A stretch of 64,000 bases of DNA from the human T2T-CHM13v2.0 reference genome, Homo sapiens. Both the position numbers and the translations under genes were made by a program. Shown here in pieces: positions 53,770 through 64,000 of this stretch. Where the stretch lies: assembly GCF_009914755.1 (NCBI RefSeq), contig NC_060937.1; one strand, written 5' to 3'. The notes under the pieces are model-generated. The model had not been told where the DNA came from, made no database searches, and worked only from the letters and a program-made list of their open reading frames with translations. Each line of letters opens with the position of its first letter. Position 1 is the first letter of the stretch.

Positions 53770-53900
53770 TTTCAGGGCGTTAGAGTGTACGCTGCATTGG
53801 AATCCAACCAATCGCAGTATTCTTGCCCGCCCCAATTTTCATTTGTTCCCCCTACCTGAGCTGCCCGTGTTAAATGACCGCCCAGCACCCTCTCCCGTGT
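53770..53900. promoter_or_regulatory. promoter-like CCAAT + GC-box cluster
   Basis: ATTGG 53796-53800, AACCAATCG (CCAAT 53808-53812), GCCCGCCCC 53825-53833, ACCGCCC ~53877; seven CpGs in ~125 bp of CpG-poor DNA. Confidence 0.5.
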
Positions 53901-54439
53901 TACAACTGCAGAGGCATAGCTCCATGCCTTGAAGGGTTTAAAGGAGAATAATACCACAATAAAAACTTACTTCTGATCACCCAGGGACATTCATTTCAAT
54001 GACAAATAACCTCCAGGAAAAGATCTATCTGTGAAGGATGTTTTTGGTTTGGGGTTTAAATGAAATCTTAGCCTTTGGTTTTTGCAGCCCCTGGGTAGCA
54101 CTGGGGCCATCGTAAGAAGCAAGAAAACAGAAATCCTAGGCTATTGAACTTTCAGGGGCAGAAGCAGGACCTCCAAGTTCTATACCAACAATTATCTTTT
54201 CACAAAGCAAACCCCATTTCTATGTATATAGTCATATGTGATGATTGGAAAATAAGTAATGCAGCAGAAACAGCATTTTAAAAACTATATTAAAGTGATG
54301 GAGATGATGGTGTGAACTTCACTTACAAAAATAATGGATAAGATACAGAGTGAAAAAGACAGTGTTGGTTAGCATGTCACCTCACTTGTTCTTAGTTTGT
54401 CTCCTCCATATGTAGATACTGCATATTGGCAATTACAGT

Positions 54440-54860
54440 TATCAGTGTAGGTTCTCTGGTTGTGAGCAGCTGTAACCAAACTAAACTAAAGGAATATTTA
54501 TTGGAGGGCCATGAGGAAACTTACAGAATAAAAGGAAGACTGAAGAAACTGACTTGGAGATGACAGGGGCCGTGGTGTTATGGCATTTTCCGTTGGAGAA
54601 ACTGCTTGTTGGGATTGTCAGTCCCCACTGCTAGACTGAATCATCGCCAAGTTTCCCTCCCACTTTTCTCATCATTCCGCTCAAGGGACAAAATTCCAGG
54701 AGAGAGTGTCCCATTGCTCACATGTCCAATGTGACTGCTTGGCTTGGAGAAAGCAGGGAGCCCTCAGCCTTCTGATTCACAGGGACACCTTCTAAAAGGA
54801 GAGGGGAAATTCTGCCAAAGGAGGTGGGGGTGCTGCTTCCAAAAGAAAAGGGGAAATGAG
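54440..54860 (-). mobile_element. old MaLR LTR (MLT1K/L-like)
   Basis: atcagtgtaggttctctggttgtgagcagc...aaaggaatatttattggagg; subfamily and ends uncertain. Confidence 0.5.
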
Positions 54861-57800
54861 TGCTGTGTGCTCTTCTCTGTCACCATGATCCATGCCTTGG
54901 GTCAGGGCCTCCTAATTTTCTTGCCTGAATTAACAGTCTTCCTCCTTTAACTCATTTTTTTAAACTCATTTTTAAACCTTTCAATCGTTCCCTATTTGTA
55001 AAGGCCAAGCCAGGACACTTTTGAAAATGAAGCCAAGTGGTATTGATTGTTATACCACGACAAGAGGCATAAACTGGGACCATCTTTGGCAAAGTGGATG
55101 TATGGTCATTCTTCCTTTAACCATACTTTCTTCCTACACTTGACCAATATCTAGCCTATTCTTCAAGACTTGATTTAAGGAGAACTGAAAGCTCTTTGAG
55201 TATAGAAATGGTGCCTTTTTCTTCTTGTGTCGTCTGCATCTTATCTCATGCTTGGCACATGGCAGTTGCCCCAAGAACCTTCACTGTGGAGTTATAATCG
55301 AGTGTGACTATTGAATTCCTGTCTTTCCTATTCCCATATGCTTTCACATCCACATTTTCTATGTATCTTGGGAGTACACTATTCCCAGTATTCACCTTGG
55401 AGGGCATAGCTAACTTCTGTTTTCTTTGTATACCTGTCATTCTTTCTTTCTAATAGTGACCCCAGTGGGCCTTCCTCTCCATCATATAAATGGGTAGGGT
55501 AAAGAACTAAATGAGCTCAGACCATTTCTGTTTATAAAAGATGCTATTGATGAAAATATACTTTTTTTGATGAAATGGAAAGTGAAATATTTAAAAAGAG
55601 ATTGTCCTTAAAACGGAATGACTTTTACTGAACACCTCTTTTGTGGTATACAGTAGAGTACTATAATAGATTTTCACCAACCAGTAACTTATTCTCTGCG
55701 TTACCAGACTTTGTCAACGCACAAATCCTCTAGGTATTCTTTCAGATATATCCTCCTGGTTTCAGAAATGCTGGAATTGGAGCTCTACCTTGAATTGTCT
55801 TTTCCAAGGCCCACTCTGTCATCAGGATTTATCAGAAGGGTGCGTTATTTGTCCATGTCAGTGCTCAGATCATGCCCTAAGGACTTTTCTTAAGCAATAT
55901 GTTCCCTTTAAAACATTGTTTTAAAAAATCCTGTCTTGTGCGGCACAGTTGCATCTCAGAGTGAGAATCAAAGAGGTTTCCTAGGTCAAGCAGAACCCCA
56001 AGCAGATTCCTCCTAGGCCTTTCCGAGGGCCCACTCTGCAGGCTAATGAGGGTGCATAACTCCATGCTGATCCCTTTCCATCTCTAGCTGGATGCTGTGA
56101 TTTTTCGGAACCCAAGCCTAGTGAGTACACTGGCTGCAGCTCTGTGATAAAGGCACAGGCTTTCAGCCTTGACCAAGGGCCCACATCCAAAAATTCTGTA
56201 TCAGAAACCAGATAATTTCATATCGTTTGCACTGTACTCCACCTTATCCATACTGTTTTTCTTTTTGTGGAAATTTTTTTTCTCTTCATCAGTCACTCTG
56301 AAGCGTTGCTCACTCATTCACTCAATTCTAGAGCAGTACTTTGCGGACCTTCTTGTAACCATGTTGCCTCCCTGTTCAGAACTTATGATGTAGAAAGCAA
56401 AGCATAGGATGCTATTGAAATGTGGAGTTTTATCTCTTAAATCTCATGTCAGTATCAATTACAGCACCAAAGCAATGACATGAAAATTTGTGGGTAAAAA
56501 TGGAAAATGAGTTATGTTTATATTATGCTAATATATTTTTAACTTAAAATTTAAAAAATATAAGCTATTTGGCATTGCAGTTATTAATTTGAGAGAAAAA
56601 TGAATTAACTGTGGAACAAAGAAAGGACGATAATTTCATGTAAGGGGTGAAGTACGTGTTTATTACTTAGATAGTATGGTAGGGAGACGGCCCAGTTCAT
56701 TGGAGGGTAAAATGAAAGAAGATGTAGGAGAAAGTGAAGTGTAATTGGTAAACTCAGCTGAGGGTAGAGAAAAGGAGCTTGCAAGTTAGAGAGCTGTGAA
56801 GTTTTTGATAAAAGAATACATGCATTAGGACCTATCAGACATCAAGTTCTACAAGACAAGAAAAAATATTTTTCTTATTAGAAACTCTACAAGACATTTT
56901 CTGTCATTCCGCATTGCCGAGGATAATTCTTCCACACGCTTATTTAAGATGGCTTTCTCAGAATCTGTGTCTATACAGTCAGAGTTAAGGTGAAAGATGG
57001 TAACCATCTGGGTAGTTCAATCAGTGTAGCTGGTAATGCATAATTAACCTCCTCCCTTCTCCCCACTCATTCTCTTTTCCCCAGTAACAATTTTGAGGGT
57101 ATTTTCCCCCATAAATCTTGAATTATCTGGATAATTGTTTTCTGTACTTCATGTTGCTAGAAATCCACAGCTTGACTGATATCAATAACAGTTTTTTAAA
57201 ACCTCCACATCTGCAGAGGATACCATAGAGAAAAAGTAAAGTGCTATATTTCCGTTGCTTTTGCTGGTTACCTAATCCAAAATTTTTAAATGCTCTACAT
57301 TTTAAAAAGTTGTTTAGGAAAACATCTGTACAGCCAGGTACTGAAACTGACTTATTTACTGATATCTAATTTTTCTTCATTTAACTTCATATAACTGTCA
57401 GGCCACAGAGGGTCACTACATATTTAGTTGTTTTTTCCCTTTTAAAATTGTTTTTAACTTAAATAAAAATAGGAAAAAATATTAGTGTGCTGTCTTACTC
57501 TCTCTTTTTTTTAGGTTTAAAATCTGTGAGGGCAGGAATTACATATTCTCTATTTATAAAAAACATTGAAACTTATTCCACTGCTTACAGTTCAGTGGGG
57601 GTCACTTAATGATATCAGTAAAATTCAGTGTCAATCTTTAAAAAGAAATATTTTTCGTCTCCCCGAAAATATCTCTCTAGTAAAACTTGTTTGTCAAATG
57701 ACTAGAGCTCCCTTAACAAATAAAACATAACACTATTTGCTGCTCTTTTCCTCTGAAGTGATGATAAATTGCTGGGGAGTAAAAGCCTTCACACTAATAA

Positions 57801-57989
57801 CAGAGGAAAATTGACTCTAAGATCCCATCATTTTGTTTACCAGCTGTCTCTACAATTCTCTGATAACCCAGCCCACATTAAAAAATTGTTCAGAGATAGT
57901 AAAATAGACCAGAAACAAATGATCTCTCTGCTGAAATTAGTTTAAGCAGGGGAACAGGCTGGAAAGAAAGATTTGATCCAAAAACTTAC

Positions 57990-58079
57990 CTAGCTCTCAG
58001 GCATGATACCCGGTGACCACATAGTCGGTGCTGAAACACAACTCAGGAGCATTACATCATCGTGACAAACTTTCATTGG
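57990..58079 (-). other. candidate 90-nt internal exon, probably non-coding
   Basis: acceptor cttatccttggggtttctgcAG| and donor TAG|GTAAGT; stops in all three frames. Confidence 0.45.
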
Positions 58080-60065
58080 CTGCAGAAACCCCAAGGATAA
58101 GACAGGCTTTTAAGGTGCTGTGTGAAAACCCCTGTTGGTTCTTTATCAGGCTATGGCCAAAATATTGAAAGAAAGACTTTTTCTACATTCATGTTGTCAT
58201 GGCTGAGCTGACAAAACATTGTTAACCATTTCTTATGCATATTTATCTCCACTTTAGTCCCTAGTTTTGTGTTTAACTCTAACCTGTTGGGAAATTATTG
58301 TCTTAAAACTATTTGTTTCAAAAGCCTTGTTTTTCGTTTGGCTTGTTTTTCTTGAGGGTGCAGAGTATCACTCTGTGAATGGCTATTTCCCTTCTTACTC
58401 TTCAGACCATCTTTCTTATTTTTAAAACTATATTTGAATCAATACATCTGTTTTTCTATTATTTATTTTGTCTTTATTCTCTCTAGGCAAAGAGGACTAG
58501 CACCCACAGATTTGAGAAAGCACAAGTGTGTTTATTTATTTTGAGCAATTTAATTGGAACTAGTGCACAAAGTCCTTACTTCCTAATTATTCATTGTCAT
58601 TGTTAGTTTTATTTTCTTTTGAACTCTATGAGTTATTTATGTCGTGCTTATTACCATGGTGATTTACAAACCAAAACCATGTGTGTAATTTGAGAGTGTG
58701 AGGAGCTTTAAGTGACTGAGTGAAAGTGATAGGACAATGGCTAGATCCTGCACCACTGCTGCACCAGTCTCTCCTGCCTGAGGGGGAAGCATTTGATGTA
58801 GGGAAAATGCTCTTGTTATAAAAGTAGAACATTTGGACAATTAGATTCATCATTCAAGAAATGACAACAGTGTCACATTACTATCGAATGTTAATTTCTC
58901 TCTCGCTCACTCTCTGTGTGACTTTCTTTATCTCTGATTCTGTCTCTCTCAAATTTAGGAGTACAGAGGAGCAGAATGATGACAAAAGTGACTGAATTAG
59001 TGGCTTTTTAAAGTATCTCATGTCTTCTCTCTCCTAAGAACTTGACTGTCTAGTCTCTAAAAGATAAGCAAATACATACACAAATACCCTAAAAAATCCT
59101 CTAGGCTGGGAACTGAGAACTATGTTTCTAGTGCATGTCTGGGCTACTCAGCTGTGCTGTAAATACTCTCTTATTCCTCTCAGACCCTTCTCAGCCATGG
59201 GTTCTCAGCCACGTGCCTTGGAGGAGGCTAATCTACCTATTGCAAGAGAAGGAGTGGCTGCTGAGCCTGTTACCTTTCTTCTATTGTTAGGAACATCTTT
59301 CTACTATTGTTCCTTAGACCTCTGGTCTCCAAGAATAGCTAGACATCCTTTTTTTTTTTACTGTGTAGAGTAATATTGAGGATTCAGGGGCCTAGATTAT
59401 GGTCTTGAGATATTTATGAACATTTCTAATAGTGATGAGGAGAAAGGGAGAGAAAAAGAAGAGAGAACTCTTTCTTATTTTTTCTCCACTGAGAGGAAGG
59501 AAGGGATAAACCAGTCACAATCTCTCTGTTTTGTAGCTAGGATTTACAGAGTAAAATAAGATCTATCCCTTGCCCTCAAGATGTTTCATACGAGGAGGGA
59601 GAAAAATAATATTCCACAATTACTATTAAAGTCTGATAAAAATATGATAGGTGTATATACATTGATGGGCCTCTAACTGAGACTGGAAGAGCCAAGAAGT
59701 GGGGCATATGAGCTGAATTTTGAAGACATAGGGTTAACTAGCTGAAGAGAGGGAGTAAAGAATTCTGTAAAAGGAAAACAGAATGTAAAGGCAAGGAGGA
59801 ATGAAGGCATGGTTTGTTTGAGAAAGAGAAAATAGTGTTCTGTTTATGGAAAGAAAGAGTGGTATGGAAGATAAAGCTAGATCAATAGATATGAACACAT
59901 CATGGAGGCCATTGTGAGCTAAGCTAAAGGATATGGACTTTAACTTGAAACTATTTTAGGTCATTGAGGAACTATAATCAGATTTGTAGCTAAGCTGTAT
60001 TAGTCTAGCAGTAGCCTGGAATGCATAGGAATGGACTGGAACCAGAGATCCCAGTTAGCTTACAT

Positions 60066-60388
60066 GTATTTCAGTTGAACCTCGGCAGGAAACAGATGGC
60101 ACTTTCAAAAAGCGTAATGGTAGAGAGTTTACCGAAAAAACCATTTTCACAGGTGTGGATGGGGTTAAGGGAATCAACAATGGAAGGTGAAGCACCCAAG
60201 GAGCCACATCAGTAGGAAGTTGTTACTGGGCAAGGTCTGTTATCAGACACTGAATCCAATGGGTAGCCACTGAGAAGAAAATCTGGGTGTTGCAGTAAAT
60301 AGAAGTTAGCCTCTTGGGGCATGGAGAAGAGTAGTGATATTTAGAGAAAGTAACTGGAGATGGAATGAAACAGACTATAGACTCAACA

Positions 60389-60390
<2 letters not shown>
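60066..60390 (-). mobile_element. old ERVL LTR fragment (LTR41-like)
   Basis: tgtatttcag...ggcaggaaacagatggcact...gagagttta...aggtgtgg...agggaatcaacaa...ggtgaagcaccc; family assignment tentative. Confidence 0.5.

Positions 60391-60391
<1 letters not shown>

Positions 60392-60430
<39 letters not shown>
60392..60430 (+). repeat. (TG)19 microsatellite
   Basis: direct read. Confidence 0.97.
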
Positions 60431-60440
<10 letters not shown>

Positions 60441-60961
60441 AAGAGAAAGAAAACAAGAGAGGGAAATAAACTGGAAGTATCTAGGTAGGATAATTTGTAA
60501 GTTGTTTTTTAGTCCTAACAAACAGATGGAGGGTTGTTCATTCATTGAAGAAAAAAGCTTCATGGATGCATGCTAATTGGTAAAGTTCCATTTTTATGCT
60601 GTTGGAGTATCTAGATAAAAATGTCAATTATATTAGCGTCTAGAGCTCAGAAAAGAAATCAAGGATCAGAGATGGGGCAGTACATTTGGTAGACATTAGC
60701 AGATGCATTGTTTTTGGGGCCATGAATGTGGATGAGATCACCCAATGAGAGAGTACATAATGTGAAGAGAATGAGGTTGAGGTGCAAGCCTGGAAACACT
60801 AACATTGAAGGAGCAGCTGGAGTAGAGGGGCCTCTAAAAGAAAACAGAGAAGATATGTTATTAACGAGTAGGGTGTTGGGAGTTAAAAGTGGTGAGCTGG
60901 AAGGACAAGCTGTCAAGGTAAACGAAGAGTTTGAACTCATGATATTAAAGATCATATCCAG

Positions 60962-61359
60962 CGTATTAGTCAGCCAGGGCTGTCATAACAAAACACCACA
61001 GACTGGTGGCTTCCAGAACAGAAATTTATTTTCTCACAGCTCTGGAGGTTGCAAGTCCAAGATCCAGAGGCTAGCAGAGTTGATTTCTCCCAAAGCCTCC
61101 TTCCTTGGCTTGCAAATGGCTGCCCTCTCACTGTGCCCTCACATGGCCTTTCTTCTGTGTGTGCACATCCTTGGCATCTCTTCATCCTCAAACAAGGACA
61201 TCAGTCATATTGGATAAGGGCCCCAGTCTTATAATCTCATTTAACTTTAAGTACCTCTTTAAAGGCCCTATCTCCAAATACAGTCACATTGGGTAAACCA
61301 GTGGTTACCCATTGACTTCAACATAGATATTTTGAGAGGACACAATTCAGTACATAACA
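60962..61359 (-). mobile_element. MLT1A-type MaLR solo LTR
   Basis: gtattagtcagccagggctgtcataacaaaacaccacagactggtggc...cagaaatttattttctcacagctctggagg...aggccctatctccaaatacagtcacatt...acacaattcagtacataaca. Confidence 0.9.
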
Positions 61360-62376
61360 CCTAGGCAGAGTGTGGATAGGGGAGTGAGTTAGTGAAATAA
61401 AGAGCAGATGAAGCTCACTGGAGCTGAGGCTAACAACTGCTACTCTCACAATAATTGACCCCACACTTAAAATTGAATTTTTTAAATCATGTTCTGGTGA
61501 GGTTTGTACTATTTTTGCCAAATGAGCCCAGTAGAATAATGATGACCACTACTAGTAGTATAGTTATCATATGTACCTATAAAACATGCAAAATATTTGT
61601 CTATATAACTTGGAGATCAACTAAAACATTTTACATGGAAAATATTGTCATATTTATAGATCAAGTTGAAGAGTCTTACTGTATATGTAATGCATGTGTG
61701 TATGTATCCATATTATATATAATATATCCATATATATATAATATATATATATATCATGATCACTTTTTTGTCACTGGAGAAGCTTGTTTGAAAGTAAATA
61801 TAATTGGCATAGAAATTTACATGAAATAGTTTAAAATAAAAATTGTACAGAAATTCACACAAGATAGTCTATTTTTTCACATAGTATCTTCTAACTTTCT
61901 ATATGGGATGATCAAATTCTGAAAATGGTTACCAGATACTCAGCTTGTGTTTTTATGTATTTATATTGCCATTACATTCTTAGTGGGTAAATGCCAGAAA
62001 AAACTAATCAGGTATTACTTATCAGTTTTGATTTCTCTAAAGAGGAAACTGAGGCTCAAGAATAATGAATAATTAGCAAAAGATTAGCAAAGCACTGGCA
62101 GGAAAGAGTTTAGCTATCATTTTCCTACTTTTCACACTGGCACATATTCAATTATTTTTATTTTCTAGGTAAGTGAAATTGTTTTAAAGTTGACTCATTA
62201 GACACATCTTCCCTACGAGGTACAAAACTGTCATTTTAAAGTAAAAAGGCTGTAGTGCCACCTAATTAACTAACTTGCCAGTCTTCAACTCAGAAACAGA
62301 GCAAGGAAGGCTATCCAAATCACTGGCTCCTGGTCTTATGAACCTATACCTCGGCCATGTTTCTTTACTTCTCAGG

Positions 62377-62744
62377 TGTATTAGTCCATTCTCACATTGC
62401 CTGAGACTGGGTAATTTATAAAGGAAAGAGGTTTAATTGACTTACAGTTCTGCATGGCTGGGGAGGCCTCAGGAAACTTACAATCATGGTGGAAAGAGAA
62501 GGGGAAGCACGGACCTCCTTCATGTGGTGTCAGGAGGGAGAAGGAGCAAGCAAACATGCAAGAGAAGAACTACCAAACACTTATAAAACCATCAGATCTC
62601 ATGAGAATGGACTCACTATCATGAGAACAGCATAAGGGGAACCACCCCTCATGATCTAAACAGCTTCTACCAGGTCTCTCCCTCAGCACCTGGGGATTAC
62701 AATTGAAGATGAGATTTGGGTGAGGACACAGTCAAACCATATCA
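62377..62744 (-). mobile_element. THE1D/MSTA-type solo LTR with 5-bp TSD
   Basis: reverse complement starts tgatatggtttgactgtgtcctcacccaaatctcatc and ends gactaataca; exact TSD TCAGG at 62372-62376 and 62745-62749. Confidence 0.93.
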
Positions 62745-62983
62745 TCAGGGTTCAGTCTGCTCATTTGAAGATGAGAGATTTGGTATGGATAATATCTTCT
62801 CACTTTAAACTTATATATGCCCATAACCTTTGCTTTCTAAGAATTCTAGGGATTTCCAGGGAGCCAACTCTTATACAGTTGTAATTCTTGAATACAGAGG
62901 ATATTACCAAGGCTACAGCATGGCTAGCACTCAACACAGTAAATTCTGAGGACTGCTTTGGTATATGAGTGTGTCTGGGTATA

Positions 62984-63063
62984 TTTGGTTGGTGTAAAAG
63001 TAATTGCAGTTTTTGCCATTAATTTTAATTGCAAAAACCATGGTTACTTTTGCACCAACCTAA
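62984..63063. mobile_element. MADE1 (Hsmar1-derived MITE), full 80 bp
   Basis: tttggttggtgtaaaagtaattgcagtttttgccattaattttaattgcaaaaaccatggttacttttgcaccaacctaa flanked by TA at 62982-62983 and 63064-63065. Confidence 0.96.
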
Positions 63064-63727
63064 TAAAAGTTATTGTGAAAGCTCTCAAAACAAGATTAAT
63101 TATACTGGACTTAATTCATACATATCATAGATGAAAAAACAATGGAATGCATTTGTTAATCACATGTAATTATTGTCAAAATTCAAAGATGATTAGAAAC
63201 CGTTGGAATAAGAGTTATTACAAATAGACCAAAATAATCTGTTTTATTAAGTGAGAAAAAATTAAGGTTTTAGAAGCATCACCTGTATAAAAATGAAATA
63301 ATACAATTTACTTATATAAAAATAAAAAGAAGTTTGAAATTTAGCAAATGCTAAAGGATCCTTAAAGAAATAAACAAAAAACCTGAAGACTGCACACCAT
63401 TTCAGAGATGCCTCAGAGATAGAGGATGTGATGTAAAAATAAGAGTTTCCAAAAATTCTTTTACTAGATTCTAGGCAACTTGGTTAAGAAAATTCTAAAA
63501 CACTCACAAGACATTAAAAACTAGTGTTTCTTGGTGCCAACTGTAACTGAAATTGCGCAGTTCAAAGATGATTTCTGAGGCATGCCATTTATGGCAATTT
63601 CTAAGCACAAACTTTTCCTCTAGGCCAATAATGTTAATGATTTTAAGAGCTTTGAAAGAAAGAGGTTGGAAAGCAGAATAAAATAAAAACTGTAATATCA
63701 CTTCCAGCAGGTATCTGGATTACCAAA

Positions 63728-64000
63728 TGTGATGGTCAATTTTATGTATCCATTTCGGTAGTCAACGGCGGTACCCGGACATTTGGTCAAATATTATTCT
63801 AGATGTTTCTGTGAATGTATGTTTTAATGAGATTAACATTTAAATTACTAGTCTTTGAGGGAAGCAGATTACCCTCCAGAATATAGATACTAGAATCAGT
63901 TCCTTTCCTGGAAGAAGGGGGAACTCTTCCAGCAGACGGCCTTTGAACTTGAATGGCTACATTGCCTCCTTCTCAGTCTCCAGCCTGCTGGTCCACCCTG
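63728..64000 (+). mobile_element. MLT2-family (ERVL) LTR, cut by the window end
   Basis: tgtgatggtcaattttatgt...gtacccggacatttggtcaaatattattctagatgtttctgtg...gagattaacatttaaat...aagcagattaccctcc. Confidence 0.88.

Larger units (their letters stand above)
59500..60950 (-). mobile_element. fragmented L2, interrupted by an LTR relic and a (TG)n
   Basis: tcccttgccctcaag...gagctgaattttgaag...gctaaaggatatggactt...gtggatgagatcaccc...aacactaacattgaagg. Confidence 0.6.

Noticed and set aside
55690-55880. Exon-like minus-strand stretch with short peptides
   Set aside because: Weak pyrimidine tract and donors, in-frame stops, no recognisable homology.
60726-61296. 163-aa ORF and overlapping ORFs
   Set aside because: They span an L2/MLT1A junction and are repeat-derived.

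Overview
This is primate, most likely human, non-coding genomic DNA. It is AT-rich and CpG-depleted, with no CpG island and no convincing intact protein-coding gene; I could not identify the locus. About eight Alu copies or fragments (J, S and Y), L1 3' ends, L2/MIR relics, MaLR/ERVL LTRs, hAT/TcMar DNA-transposon relics and microsatellites account for most recognisable structure. Highlights: (1) a fossil ERV-L-type provirus at about 15.6-23.3 kb with two LTR33-like LTRs, a tRNA-Leu PBS and readable protease/RT/RNaseH/integrase/dUTPase motifs, lacking the RT catalytic core and carrying several nested insertions; (2) a repeat-poor regulatory island at 38.6-40.9 kb with a perfect RFX X-box, a (GA)27 tract, a pre-miRNA-sized hairpin and a candidate spliced + strand 5' end; (3) an RNY1 retropseudogene with target-site duplication (TSD); (4) a full-length MADE1 (miR-548-type hairpin); (5) candidate minus-strand non-coding exons and a CCAAT/GC-box promoter-like patch at 50-58 kb; (6) local duplication scars, including a fold-back templated insertion and two diverged ~100-bp repeat pairs 2.3-2.65 kb apart. 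Repeat subfamily names come from recalled consensus sequences, not a database search, and boundaries of old repeats are approximate. I see no evidence for a novel multi-gene system.
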